In this document: piece by piece, positions 18,144-27,747 of the stretch
How the letters are laid out: each line of letters opens with the position of its first letter
How positions within the stretch are numbered: the first letter of the stretch is position 1
Assembly: GCA_046538635.1 (NCBI GenBank)
Contig: JBKHIN010000002.1
Span: 1 to 32,078, forward strand
Direction of reading: 5' to 3'
Length of the DNA stretch: 32,078 bases
Origin: Alphaproteobacteria bacterium
GTDB taxonomy: Bacteria; Pseudomonadota; Alphaproteobacteria; JAJFIK01
Position numbers and translations under genes: made by a program
The notes under the pieces: generated by a model
What the model saw: only the letters and a program-made list of their open reading frames with translations
The model's database searches: none
Told to the model about the DNA's origin: nothing

Positions 18144-18743
18144 ATGAGTGTGCCCTCCGCACGCGTCCGAAATCCGGTCAGGCTGAGGCGGCGCCTCCTG
18201 TGTGCCGCGCTGTGGGCGCTGTGGGCGCTGGCGGCCGCCCTCGCCGGAACGGGCGCCGGTTACGCCGCGCGCGGGCATGACACCAGCCAGCCCGTCGAGA
18301 TCGACGCCGACGCCCTCGAAATCCAGCAGGAAAGGAAGATCGCCGTCTTCACCGGCAATGTGGCTGCGCGCCAGGGCGAACTGGTTCTGCGCTCCGACAG
18401 TCTCGAGGTGGACTACGGCTCGAACAAGGGCGCCAGGAAGGCGGGCAGGGCGCCGGAAATTTCCAGACTGCGCGCCAAGGGCAAGGTCCATCTGGTTTCC
18501 CCGGCCGAAAGCGCGCGGGGCGACTGGGCCGTCTATGACGTTCCGGGCCGGGTCATCACCATGGGCGGCGACGTCGTGCTGACGCGCGGCGAGAACGTGC
18601 TCCAGGGCCGCCGCCTGGTCTTCAATCTGGCGACGGGCAAGAGCCGCATCGACGGCGGATCGGACAAAAAGACGGCGGAGAGCTCGAAGGATGACCGGGT
18701 GCGCGCCGTGTTCAACCCCGCTTCTGCCGATTCCGGCCAGTAA
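18144..18743 (+). CDS. lptA: LPS transport periplasmic protein LptA (OstA-like)
   Basis: 199 aa. SD GGAAGGACAGGAGA. Signal peptide, then [40 protein letters not shown] ... [28 protein letters not shown]. Confidence 0.85.
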   Translation: MSVPSARVRNPVRLRRRLLCAALWALWALAAALAGTGAGYAARGHDTSQPVEIDADALEIQQERKIAVFTGNVAARQGELVLRSDSLEVDYGSNKGARKAGRAPEISRLRAKGKVHLVSPAESARGDWAVYDVPGRVITMGGDVVLTRGENVLQGRRLVFNLATGKSRIDGGSDKKTAESSKDDRVRAVFNPASADSGQ

Positions 18744-18744
18744 C

Positions 18745-20226
18745 ATGCGTTTCATTCCGGACCAGGATATTTTCTTCCGCTATCTCAAGTTCGTCCGGGA
18801 CCGGATGGAACCGCTGCCGGCAGGGCCGGTGCCGGTTCTGATGGAATCCGGAAACATGCCGCCCTCCGGTAAACGGCCCTCCCGCGCCTCCAAGGCAGGC
18901 GGAGGGGGAACGGCCGGTAGCGGTTCCCCGCCGGGCAAGGGGAGACAAGGAAAATCCAACGCCGCAAAGCCCAGGGCCGCCCAGGCGGGCAGCGGACAGC
19001 CGGGCAGGGGCGCCCGGTCCGGCAAGGAGGCACAGTCCGCCCCGAAAGCGCGGGCAGGCAACGGCGGACGAACCGGCGCAAAGAAACCGCAGGCCAAACA
19101 GGCGCCCTCCAAAAAGCGGGCAACCTCCAAAAAGGCACAGTCCGGAGCAACGCAGACCCCGGCAGCGCAGTCCGCATCGACTCAATCCGGGAATGCCCGG
19201 TCCATGGCGGCACAACCCAAACCGGCCCGGAGCAAATCCGCCCGGGCAAAATCGGCTCATGCCAAACCGGCCCCGGCCCAACCGGATCCATCTGAAACGG
19301 CCCGGCCTGAAGGCGCGCAGGTCAGGCCACCGCCCGGCGGCAGCCAGCCCAGGCTGGCGGCGGTGCCGGGAGGAAAGAGCACGGAAGCCGCGCCTGCACC
19401 TGCCGCAAGGCAAACGCGCGCCGGACAAACGCCGTCCCGCAAGCTCCGGGCGGATGTACCGCAGCCGGAACAAACGCCGAAAGGCCCGCGCCTGGTCGCC
19501 GAAACCTCGGGCCTTGCGGTCCGGAATATCGGCAAGAGCTTCAAGGGAAAGCCGGTCGTGCGCGGCGTCAGCATGAGCCTGCAGCGGGGCGAGGTGCTGG
19601 GGCTTCTGGGTCCCAACGGCGCGGGAAAGACCACCTCCTTCTACATGATTACCGGACTGGTTCCCGCCGATTACGGCGAGATCGAGCTGGACGGGCACGA
19701 CATCACGGGGCTGCCCATGTACCGGCGCGCCCGGCTGGGCATCGGATATTTACCACAGGAAATATCTATATTCAGAGGGCTGACGGTAGAGGACAACCTC
19801 CGGGCGATAATCGAGCTGGTAGAGCCGCGCGCCGACCGCCGCCAGGAAATGATCGACGATCTGCTCGCCGAATTTACCATCGAGCACCTGCGGCATACGC
19901 CCGCACTCGCCCTTTCGGGCGGCGAGCGGCGCCGCGTCGAGATCGCCCGCGCCATCGCCAGCCAGCCCTCATTCATACTCCTTGACGAACCCTTTGCGGG
20001 CATCGATCCCATTGCCATCGGTGAAATCCGGCAACTGGTCACCCATCTGAAGAATCGCGGTCTCGGTGTTCTCATCACGGATCATAATGTGCGTGAAACA
20101 CTTGATATTATTGACCGTGCGGTCATCATTCATGATGGCCGAGTGCTGATGGAGGGGGACGCCTCGGAAATCGTGGGCAATGAGGATGTGCGCCGTGTCT
20201 ATCTGGGAGACCGCTTTTCGCTCTAG
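18745..20226 (+). CDS. lptB: LPS export ABC transporter ATP-binding protein LptB with an in-frame N-terminal basic low-complexity extension (true start uncertain)
   Basis: C-terminal ~240 aa are canonical LptB ([53 protein letters not shown]). The frame is open upstream to 18691. In-frame starts are ATG 18745 (1 nt after the lptA stop), 18805, 18841, 18856 and 19204, and GTG 19363. None lies at the usual LptB N-terminus. Confidence 0.85.
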   Translation: MRFIPDQDIFFRYLKFVRDRMEPLPAGPVPVLMESGNMPPSGKRPSRASKAGGGGTAGSGSPPGKGRQGKSNAAKPRAAQAGSGQPGRGARSGKEAQSAPKARAGNGGRTGAKKPQAKQAPSKKRATSKKAQSGATQTPAAQSASTQSGNARSMAAQPKPARSKSARAKSAHAKPAPAQPDPSETARPEGAQVRPPPGGSQPRLAAVPGGKSTEAAPAPAARQTRAGQTPSRKLRADVPQPEQTPKGPRLVAETSGLAVRNIGKSFKGKPVVRGVSMSLQRGEVLGLLGPNGAGKTTSFYMITGLVPADYGEIELDGHDITGLPMYRRARLGIGYLPQEISIFRGLTVEDNLRAIIELVEPRADRRQEMIDDLLAEFTIEHLRHTPALALSGGERRRVEIARAIASQPSFILLDEPFAGIDPIAIGEIRQLVTHLKNRGLGVLITDHNVRETLDIIDRAVIIHDGRVLMEGDASEIVGNEDVRRVYLGDRFSL

Positions 20227-20247
20227 CCCCCCTTGTAGCGTGGCCGG

Positions 20248-21702
20248 ATGATGGGTCAGGGACCGAAGCTGGAGCTGAGGCAGAGTCAGGCGCTCGTGAT
20301 GACGCCGCAATTGCAGCAGGCGATCAAACTGCTGCAATTGTCGAATGTGGAACTCTCCGCCTTTGTCGAACAGGAACTGGAACGCAACCCGCTGCTCGAG
20401 CGGGACCGCCCGGAGGACGAGCCGGACGCGGGCGCGAACGCCCGTGCGGAAGAGCCGGAGGAGAGCGGCGTTCCGGGTCTGTCTGCGGAAGTATCCGGGG
20501 CGGCCGGACAACGGCAGGAAGAAGATTTCCAGCAGCTCGCCAACTGGACGGCCGCCGCATCGCGTTCAGGCAGCTTCTCCGAGGACGACTCGGACTGGAT
20601 GGAGCGGGTGAGTACGGAACCCAGCCTGCGCGAGCATCTGACCGAGCAGGTCATGGTGAATCTTCACGATCCCGCTCAGCGGCTCATCGCGGCCCATCTT
20701 GTGGATCTCGTGGACGAGGCGGGCTATCTGCCTGCCGATGCCCTGGAATCGGCTCAGGCACTGGGCGCCTCGGAAGCGGAGATTTTGGACGTCTACAGAC
20801 AATTGCAGGGCTTCGACCCCACGGGCGTTTTCGCGCGCTCCTTGCGTGAATGTCTGAGCCTTCAGCTTGCCGAGTCGGACCGGCTCGATCCCGCCATGCA
20901 CGCGCTGCTGGACAATCTCGACGTGCTAGCCGTGGGCGACGTGGCCCGGCTGCGGCGAATTTGCGGCGTGGACGAGGAGGATTTGCGCGACATGATCGCC
21001 GAACTGCGCCGCCTCGACCCCAAGCCGGGCCTGCGCTTCGGCAGCGAGCCCGTGCAGCCGCTGGTGCCGGACATTTATGTCCGTCAGAAAGCGGACGGAT
21101 CATGGCATGTGGAGCTGAATACGGAGAACCTGCCGCGGGTTCTGGTCAACTCCCGGTATTATTCCGAGGTTCTGTCGGGCGCCGCCTCGCGGGATGCGCG
21201 TAGCTACATCACCGAATGCCTGTCGAGCGCCAACTGGCTGGTGAAGAGCCTGGCCCAGCGGGCGAAAACCATTCTGAAAGTCTCCAGCGAGATTGTTCGT
21301 CAGCAGGATGAGTTTCTGGTGCACGGCGTCCGCCGGTTGCGCCCGCTCAACCTCCGGGACGTGGCCGACGCGATCGGCATGCACGAATCGACGGTGAGCC
21401 GGGTAACCAGCAACAAGTACATGGCCACGCCGCGCGGCGTTTTCGAGCTCAAGTATTTTTTCACCGGGGCCATCGCCTCCACGGGCGGCGGTTCCGCGCA
21501 CTCCTCGGAGGCCGTCCGGCATGAAATCCGTAGGCTGATTGACAAGGAAGATCCCCGGGACGTGCTGTCCGACGATCGGATCGTCGAGTTGCTCAAGCGC
21601 TCGGGCATCGAAATTGCCCGGCGCACCGTGGCGAAATACCGGGAGTCGATGGGTATTCCTTCCTCGGTACGGCGGCGGCAGTCGAAGCGGGCTTCTGCGT
21701 GA
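20248..21702 (+). CDS. rpoN: RNA polymerase sigma-54 factor
   Basis: 484 aa. N-terminal LELRQSQALVMTPQLQQAIKLLQLSNVEL and the C-terminal RpoN box ARRTVAKYRE. Confidence 0.95.
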   Translation: MMGQGPKLELRQSQALVMTPQLQQAIKLLQLSNVELSAFVEQELERNPLLERDRPEDEPDAGANARAEEPEESGVPGLSAEVSGAAGQRQEEDFQQLANWTAAASRSGSFSEDDSDWMERVSTEPSLREHLTEQVMVNLHDPAQRLIAAHLVDLVDEAGYLPADALESAQALGASEAEILDVYRQLQGFDPTGVFARSLRECLSLQLAESDRLDPAMHALLDNLDVLAVGDVARLRRICGVDEEDLRDMIAELRRLDPKPGLRFGSEPVQPLVPDIYVRQKADGSWHVELNTENLPRVLVNSRYYSEVLSGAASRDARSYITECLSSANWLVKSLAQRAKTILKVSSEIVRQQDEFLVHGVRRLRPLNLRDVADAIGMHESTVSRVTSNKYMATPRGVFELKYFFTGAIASTGGGSAHSSEAVRHEIRRLIDKEDPRDVLSDDRIVELLKRSGIEIARRTVAKYRESMGIPSSVRRRQSKRASA

Positions 21703-21812
21703 GGCCGGGCCGCGCCCCGGCGCTTGGGAATTTCCCGTTTATGTGGTGAGATGGATTTCGTTCCGCCATCACGCGCCGCCCCGGCGCACGGCGCCAGACG
21801 CTGTTCATTCGG

Positions 21813-21841
21813 TTGACGGCGCCGGGGTGCATTACTAATGT
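21813..21841 (+). promoter_or_regulatory. sigma70-like promoter match in the rpoN-hpf spacer
   Basis: TTGACG (21813-21818), 17-nt spacer, TAATGT (21836-21841). Sequence match only. Confidence 0.3.
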
Positions 21842-21847
21842 CCCGCG

Positions 21848-21889
21848 GTCCGGCGGGAAGGCGGCGGGTCCCGGCCGGACGGTTTTTTA
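21848..21889 (+). terminator. intrinsic-terminator-like hairpin with a T6 tract
   Basis: GTCCGGC GGGA ... TCCC(G)GCCGGAC (7+4 bp stem, 21848-21880), followed by GGTTTTTTAT. Lies 146 nt after the rpoN stop and 30 nt before the hpf ATG. Confidence 0.55.
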
Positions 21890-21918
21890 TGGGTCAGCAC
21901 ACCGGTGATGACAGCGAC

Positions 21919-22488
21919 ATGCACATCCAGGTCAACGGCAAACAGATTGATATCGGGGATGCCCTGCGCCAGCATGTGGAGGGGCGCCTCACCGAAAGGG
22001 TGTTCAAGTATTTTGACCGGCCGGTGGATTCCCAGGTGACCTTCGCCCGGGACGGTTACGAGTTCCGCGCCGATTGCGCCGTTCACCTGAGTACGGGCAT
22101 GAACCTTCTGACTCACGGAAAGTCGACCGATATCTACGGCAGCTTCGACGTGGCAATCGAAAAGCTGGAAAAGCGGTTGCGACGCTACAAGCGCCGCCTG
22201 AAGGACCACCACAGCCGTGCCGGAAACGCCCCCACCTTCGAGGCCACCTCCTACGTCATTGCCGGTGCCGGCGAACAGGAGGAAGAACCCGAACCGATGC
22301 AGCCGGTGATTATCGCCGAGGAGACGGCGCATTTGCGCACCTGCACGGTCGGCGAAGCCGTCATGCAGATGGACCTGGCCGAGGCCCCGGCCGTTGTCTT
22401 CAGGAACAGCGGACACGGACGGTTGAATGTCGTTTACCGGAGGCCGGACGGCCATGTCGGCTGGATCGACCCGGCGCCGGATGCCTAG
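21919..22488 (+). CDS. hpf: ribosome hibernation promoting factor (long form with C-terminal dimerisation domain)
   Basis: 189 aa from ATG 21919. MHIQVNGKQIDIGDALRQHVE...KLEKRLRRYKRRLKDHH, plus a C-terminal domain GEAVMQMDLAEAPAVVFRNSGHGRLNVVYRRPDGHVGWIDP. Confidence 0.9.
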   Translation: MHIQVNGKQIDIGDALRQHVEGRLTERVFKYFDRPVDSQVTFARDGYEFRADCAVHLSTGMNLLTHGKSTDIYGSFDVAIEKLEKRLRRYKRRLKDHHSRAGNAPTFEATSYVIAGAGEQEEEPEPMQPVIIAEETAHLRTCTVGEAVMQMDLAEAPAVVFRNSGHGRLNVVYRRPDGHVGWIDPAPDA

Positions 22489-22651
22489 GGCCGTGTGCTC
22501 GATCGGGTGCGGGGCATTCGTCCCGGGTTTCCGCCGGCGCGCTCTGTATGCAAAAGGCCGCGCGGCGCTGTCCCGCAGAATGCTCTGAACCCCGTAGGAA
22601 CCGCACGGGAATGAGAGGGCGGCCCGTGCAAAGCCGAAGATGGATTGAACA

Positions 22652-23116
22652 ATGGATTTGGCGGATTTGATCACGCCCGGGCGCGTGCTGGGAGCGCTGA
22701 AGGCCGCAAGCAAGAAACAAATCCTTCAGGAACTGGCCGCCATCGCTGCCAGGGATACCGGCCTTGAGGAACGCGTCATCTTCGAAGCCGTGCTGGAGCG
22801 GGAACGGCTGGGCACTACGGGTGTGGGGCAGGGGATCGCCATTCCACACGCCAAGTTGCGGGGGCTGGAGGAACTCGTGGGCGTCTTCGCGCGCCTCGAC
22901 CCGCCGGTCGATTTCGAGGCCATCGACGAGCATCCCGTCGATCTGGTCTTTCTGCTGCTGGCGCCGGAGTCGGCCGGTGCGGATCACCTCAAGGCGCTGG
23001 CCCGGGTATCGCGCCTGCTTCGCAACAAGCAGATTTGTGAGAAACTGCGCGAGGCCAATGATGCGGCCGCGCTTTATGCCCTGCTGACGGAACCGGCCGC
23101 ATCCTCCGCCGCCTGA
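22652..23116 (+). CDS. ptsN: PTS IIA-Ntr nitrogen regulatory protein
   Basis: 154 aa. ERERLGTTGVGQGIAIPHAKL (phosphorylatable His). Conserved position after rpoN-hpf. Confidence 0.9.
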   Translation: MDLADLITPGRVLGALKAASKKQILQELAAIAARDTGLEERVIFEAVLERERLGTTGVGQGIAIPHAKLRGLEELVGVFARLDPPVDFEAIDEHPVDLVFLLLAPESAGADHLKALARVSRLLRNKQICEKLREANDAAALYALLTEPAASSAA

Positions 23117-23144
23117 CCGGTTCGCCGTCAGCAAGTGTGCGCCC

Positions 23145-23411
23145 CTAGTGCACGCTCACCGGCTCCATTTCATTTTCGCGGGCGGTGATGAAGGCCGCGT
23201 CCCGGTTGTCCAGGACCGCCATGGGCGTGCCGTCAGCGGCATGGATGGCGTATAGCCGCTTGTCGTCGGGCACGTCCTCGAGGCCTTCCACGATGGGCCG
23301 CAATTCGCCGGCCGTCGTCGGACGGACGTACACAATGCCCCGCGCCTCCCAGGCGGACCGCGCCTCGGGCGGCAGAGACACAACAAAGTTCTCAAGATTT
23401 CTGGTGTTCAT
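23145..23411 (-). CDS. DUF1150-family protein
   Basis: 88 aa from ATG 23411. Pattern IVYVRPTTAGEL...LYAIHAADGTPMAVLDNRDAAFITARENEMEPVSVH. Sits downstream of hsp20, as is common in alphaproteobacteria. Confidence 0.75.
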   Translation of the reverse strand: MNTRNLENFVVSLPPEARSAWEARGIVYVRPTTAGELRPIVEGLEDVPDDKRLYAIHAADGTPMAVLDNRDAAFITARENEMEPVSVH

Positions 23412-23487
23412 CACATCACTCCTCGTCCCTGCCGTTTCGTCCCTGCGACGGCCCGAACGGCATACGGACCAAAAGAAATTCGGGGCA

Positions 23488-23955
23488 TTACGCGCGCCGC
23501 TTCGTCTCGCTCTCTCTGTCCACGAGCATGGGACCGCCCTGGCCGCTGCCCGCGTCGATCCGGATGCGCTGAACCGGGGCGGAAACCTGCGGGCGGCGCA
23601 AGTCAATGCTCAAAAGTCCGTTTTCCAGGCGCGCTCCGCCGACTTCAATACCCTCGGCCAGTATGAACGCCCGCTGGAACTGCCGCGTTGCAATGCCGCG
23701 GTGAAGAAAGCTGCGTTCGGCGTCCTCGTTCCTGCGGCCCCGGATCACGAGCTGGTTATCCTCCACCGTCACCTCGAGTTCGTCGGCGGCAAAGCCGGCC
23801 ACGGCCAGCGTGATCCGCAGGCTCTGGCTGTCGAGCTGTTCGATATTGTAAGGCGGGTAGGAATCGTTCCCGGATTTGGCGATGCGGTCGAGCATCCGCT
23901 CGATCTCGTCGAAGCCCAGCAAAAACGGGCTGTTGAAATAGGAATATCGGCTCAT
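23488..23955 (-). CDS. Hsp20/alpha-crystallin family small heat-shock protein (IbpA-like)
   Basis: 155 aa from ATG 23955. PPYNIEQLDSQSLRITLAVAGFAADELEVTVEDNQLVIRGR...RQFQRAFILAEGIEVGGARLENGLLSIDL. Confidence 0.9.
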   Translation of the reverse strand: MSRYSYFNSPFLLGFDEIERMLDRIAKSGNDSYPPYNIEQLDSQSLRITLAVAGFAADELEVTVEDNQLVIRGRRNEDAERSFLHRGIATRQFQRAFILAEGIEVGGARLENGLLSIDLRRPQVSAPVQRIRIDAGSGQGGPMLVDRESETKRRA

Positions 23956-24021
23956 CGGCGTATGTCCTTGTCCAAGCGACCATACCCTTGCCGGCCCGCC
24001 TCTGCGGCACCGGTCTTTCAA

Positions 24022-24050
24022 AGATTGGGCATAAGCGGCGCCCGATCAAG
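24022..24050 (-). promoter_or_regulatory. sigma32 (RpoH)-type heat-shock promoter for hsp20
   Basis: The coding strand reads CTTGAT-N15-CCCAATCT, close to the CTTGAA / CCCCATNT heat-shock consensus. Lies 67-95 nt upstream of the hsp20 ATG. Confidence 0.5.
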
Positions 24051-24176
24051 GTCCGGCGGGGTAAAAGCGGGGTAACCCTTCGGTGCAGGTCTTGCTGCGC
24101 TGCGAGAATCCTCTATCACGGAGGCCGCGGGCATTTCGGGCCCGGCGGCGCGTATCGAAACGGAACAGGAGGCGGC

Positions 24177-25076
24177 ATGAACACCGGCGGCACGCTTTTG
24201 AAAGGCGGCGATCTCGCCGCCGCCATCAAGGCGCGGGTCGCGGCCCGCGTGCAGGATTGGACGGAACGGGGGCTGCGTCCCAAGCTCGCGGTGGTGGCCG
24301 CAACCGATGATCCGGCGGCGCTCAAATATGAGGAGACCAAGCGCCGTAACGCCGAAAAGCTGGGCATTGCCTATGAAGTGGCCGCACTCGATCCCTCCGT
24401 GGAGAGCGCGGAATTGCACGGAAGGCTGGACGGGTTCGCTGCAGATCCCGACGTGCACGGTATTCTGCTCTCCCTGCCGCTGCCCCGCCATCTGGACACG
24501 GAAGCCGCACTCGACCGCATTCCCATCGTCAAGGACGTGGACGGCATCACCGCCGCCAATCTGGGCCGCCTGGCGAGCGGGTTCGAGGACCATGCCATGC
24601 CCGCCGCCACCCCCTTCGCCTGCATAAGGCTGATCGAGGCGCATCTGCCGCTGGAGGGTGCGAAGGTGACGCTGGTCGGCCGCGGGCGCACGATCGGCCG
24701 GGCGCTCGCGCCCATGCTCATCAACCGCAACGCCACGGTGACCGTTTGCCATACGCGCACGCGCGATCTGAAGGCGGAAGTCCGGGCGGCCGATATCGTG
24801 ATCGCCGCGGCGGGCCGGGCCGGGCTGGTCACGGCGGACATGGTGCGCCCGGGACAGACGATCATCGATGCCGCCATGAATGTGGGCGAGGGCGGGCGCA
24901 TGGTCGGCGATGCGCAGACGGAGGAAATTGCCGCCAAAGGCGTGCACATCTCGCCCGTTCCGGGCGGGGTCGGGCCGGTGACCTCGGCCCAGATCTTCGA
25001 CAATCTGCTACGGGCCGTGGACTTTCAGCACAGCCGCGAGGCGGGCGGTCCGTCCGCACAGGAAGTGACTCCATGA
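24177..25076 (+). CDS. folD: bifunctional methylene-THF dehydrogenase / methenyl-THF cyclohydrolase
   Basis: 299 aa from ATG 24177 (SD GGAGG). LAVVAATDDPAALKYEETKRRNAEKLGI, HGILLSLPLP, VTLVGRGRTIGRALAPML, PVPGGVGPVT. Confidence 0.9.
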   Translation: MNTGGTLLKGGDLAAAIKARVAARVQDWTERGLRPKLAVVAATDDPAALKYEETKRRNAEKLGIAYEVAALDPSVESAELHGRLDGFAADPDVHGILLSLPLPRHLDTEAALDRIPIVKDVDGITAANLGRLASGFEDHAMPAATPFACIRLIEAHLPLEGAKVTLVGRGRTIGRALAPMLINRNATVTVCHTRTRDLKAEVRAADIVIAAAGRAGLVTADMVRPGQTIIDAAMNVGEGGRMVGDAQTEEIAAKGVHISPVPGGVGPVTSAQIFDNLLRAVDFQHSREAGGPSAQEVTP

Positions 25077-25705
25077 CGCAGGACACGCAGGACATCTGGC
25101 AGCAGCCCCTCGGCGAATTTCTGGAGGCCACGGCCAGCGACGCCCCCACGCCCGGCGGCGGCTCGGTCGTCATGGTCGGCGGCGCGCTGGGCCTGGGGCT
25201 GGTGCTCATGGCGCTGAATGTCACCGCCAGGGGCAAGGACGCCCCGGACGTCTCGGAACTGACCGCGCGGGGCGAGGCATTGCTCGCCGAAATCAAGGAA
25301 ACGCCCCGCGCCGATATGGAGGCCTTCGGCGCGCTGATGGCCGCCTACCGGATGCCCAAAGCCAGCGAGGAGGAAAAGAGCGCACGCCGGATGGCCATCG
25401 ACTCGGCGACGATAGAGGCCACGGAGGCGCCTCTCGAGGCCGCCGCTCTGTGCGTGCGCGGGCTGGAACTGGCGGCCTCGGCGGCGGCCTCGGCCAAGCC
25501 CTCCATCCTCTCGGACGTTGAGGCGGGCGCCCTCCTGTTGCGCAGCGCGGGCGAGGCCGTGCTTCTCAATGTGGACATCAACCTGCCCGCGCTCGGCGGC
25601 GAGGCGCAGCGCAGCCACTTTCAGGCGCAGCGCGGCGAACTGGCCGGGCGCCTCTCCACCCTGGGCGCCGCCGTCGCCGATGCGCTCAAGGCGCGGGCGG
25701 CCTGA
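25073..25705 (+). CDS. cyclodeaminase/cyclohydrolase family protein (FTCD C-terminal-like, FchA-like)
   Basis: 210 aa. ATGA overlap with the folD stop. FLEATASDAPTPGGGSVVMVGGALGLGLVLMALNVT and a helical bundle are typical of the formiminotransferase-cyclodeaminase C-domain family. Confidence 0.8.
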   Translation: MTQDTQDIWQQPLGEFLEATASDAPTPGGGSVVMVGGALGLGLVLMALNVTARGKDAPDVSELTARGEALLAEIKETPRADMEAFGALMAAYRMPKASEEEKSARRMAIDSATIEATEAPLEAAALCVRGLELAASAAASAKPSILSDVEAGALLLRSAGEAVLLNVDINLPALGGEAQRSHFQAQRGELAGRLSTLGAAVADALKARAA

Positions 25706-25723
25706 GGCGGGCAGGAAGCCCGC

Positions 25724-27634
25724 CTATCTGCCCCCCTTCCTCTCGGCGATGTAGGCGCGCACCCGGTTCTCCAGAATGGCGAGCGGCAGCGCGCCGCCGC
25801 CCAGCACCACGTCGTGGAAATCGCGGATGTCGAAGTTCTCGCCCAGTTCCTCGCGCGCCAGGTCGCGCAGCTCGAGTATTTTCATCATGCCGACCTTGTA
25901 GCCCAGCGCCTGGCCGGGAACGACGAAATAGCGTTCGATTTCCTTCACCACGTCGGAGCGGGCAATGGGCACATTCGCGCTCATATAGTCGATGGCCTCT
26001 TGCCGGGTCCACTTTTTGGCGTGGATACCGGTGTCGACCACCAGCCGCACCGCGCGCCACATCTCCGTGCTCAGACGGCCGAAATCGGAATAGGGGTCCT
26101 CGTAGAAGCCCATTTCCTTGGCAAGCTGCTCGGCATAGAGCGCCCAGCCTTCCACATAGGCGTTGTAGCCGCCGAAGCGCCGGAACATGGGGAGGTCCTC
26201 GTGTTCCTGCATCAGGGCGATCTGGAAATGGTGGCCCGGCACCGCCTCGTGATAGGTGATGGCCTCCAGCGTGTGCCTGGGCACGGCCGACATATCCTTG
26301 AGGTTGATATAGTAGTAGCCCGGCCGCGAGCCGTCCTTGGACGGACGGTTGTAGAAGGCGATGCCCGCCGTATCCTCGCGGAACTTTTCGACCGGCTTCA
26401 CCTCCACGCCGGCCTTGGGGAGCAGGTTGAAATAGCCGTCCACCTTCGAGTTTATGCCGTCGATCATGGCGTTCGCGTCGGCCAGAAGCTGCTCGCGGCC
26501 TTCATCCGTATCGGGATAGAAGTTCTCGGGCCGCGTGCGCACATGCTCGAAGAACTCGTCGAGGCTGCCCTCGAACTCCACGAGCGACCTGATGTCCTCC
26601 ATTTCCGCTTTCAGCCGGGACACTTCGGCCAGCCCCAGCTCGTGGATGGTGTCGGGGTCCATGTCCGTGGTGGTGGAGCGCGCCACCTGGTGCCGGTAAT
26701 AGGCCTCCCCGCCGGGAAGCGCCCACACGCCCTTGTTGCCTTCGGCCGACTTCTTGAGTTCCGCTTCGTAGTCGAGGAAGGCATTGTAGCCTTCCAGCAT
26801 CGGGCCCGTCAGGGCGGCCTTGGCGCCGTCCAGCAAACGCTGCTTTTCCTCTTCGGCGATATCGAGCGCGGCCACCTTGCGCTTGAAGTCCTCCCACAAC
26901 GGACTGTCCGTGCCCGACACGTCGAAGGGCGCGCCCGTGACGATGTTCTTCGTATCCTTGAGCACATAGTCGAAGGTGAATTCCGGCGGCACGACGCCCT
27001 TTTCCGCCCGGAGGCGCATGTTGTCGACCGTCTGTTCCATCATGGTCTTGCTGCATTGCAGGCGCGAGATATAGGCCTCGGCATCGCTTTTCGTGTCCAC
27101 CCGGTGGAAGTTGATCAGCATTGTGGGGAAGCCGGTGGTGATCGCGAACATCTGGTGTACCGGATAGTTCAGATGCCGGTACTCGAAGGCTTCCAGCTCC
27201 TGCTCGGCATTGTATTCGAACAGCCGGTAGCTCAGCCGCGAGGAGGGGCTGAGCGCGTCCACGTCGAACTCATTTCGCAGGGTTTCCAGATCGCGGCGCG
27301 TCAGTTCGTTGCCTTCGATGGCGAATTCTTCGGAAAGGTCCGGGCATTTGCCGTAGTCGGTCTTGAGCCCCAGCTGGGTCTGCAAAAGCGGGTTGCGCGA
27401 CAGATTGCGCTGCCAGACGTCCTCGAAGAATGCGGCCAGGCGCGCATCCTCGCCCTGCGCCTCGTCATCGGCGGGGGCTTTCGCCTCGTCTCCGGTTTGT
27501 GCGGCTTCCGGCGCGGCGCTTTCGGCGGGAGCCTGTGTTTCCTTGCCGTCCTCCTGCCCGCAGGCTGCAAGGCCCAGAAACAGGGAGGCGGCTGCAAAAA
27601 GGATGAGGTGCCTGAACGAACCGAAGAAGGTCAT
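25724..27634 (-). CDS. DUF885-family lipoprotein (putative metallopeptidase-like)
   Basis: 636 aa from ATG 27634. Lipoprotein signal with lipobox LGLAAC. ITYHEAVPGHHFQ motif characteristic of DUF885. Confidence 0.85.
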   Translation of the reverse strand: MTFFGSFRHLILFAAASLFLGLAACGQEDGKETQAPAESAAPEAAQTGDEAKAPADDEAQGEDARLAAFFEDVWQRNLSRNPLLQTQLGLKTDYGKCPDLSEEFAIEGNELTRRDLETLRNEFDVDALSPSSRLSYRLFEYNAEQELEAFEYRHLNYPVHQMFAITTGFPTMLINFHRVDTKSDAEAYISRLQCSKTMMEQTVDNMRLRAEKGVVPPEFTFDYVLKDTKNIVTGAPFDVSGTDSPLWEDFKRKVAALDIAEEEKQRLLDGAKAALTGPMLEGYNAFLDYEAELKKSAEGNKGVWALPGGEAYYRHQVARSTTTDMDPDTIHELGLAEVSRLKAEMEDIRSLVEFEGSLDEFFEHVRTRPENFYPDTDEGREQLLADANAMIDGINSKVDGYFNLLPKAGVEVKPVEKFREDTAGIAFYNRPSKDGSRPGYYYINLKDMSAVPRHTLEAITYHEAVPGHHFQIALMQEHEDLPMFRRFGGYNAYVEGWALYAEQLAKEMGFYEDPYSDFGRLSTEMWRAVRLVVDTGIHAKKWTRQEAIDYMSANVPIARSDVVKEIERYFVVPGQALGYKVGMMKILELRDLAREELGENFDIRDFHDVVLGGGALPLAILENRVRAYIAERKGGR

Positions 27635-27747
27635 GAATGCCCCCACTCGAAGATCAACCGGAAGGCCGCCCCCGGATGCGGACGGCCGGAACTTTGTGAT
27701 CAACCATCATAGGGGCATGGCGGCCGGGTGCAACGCAGCCGGTGGCC

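Noticed and set aside
24051-24176. Possible ZTP (pfl) or THF riboswitch in the folD leader.
   Set aside because: I could not find the conserved ZTP elements as I recall them (such as CCGCCTGGGC), nor any convincing pseudoknot arrangement. The region is more simply the divergent hsp20/folD promoter spacer.
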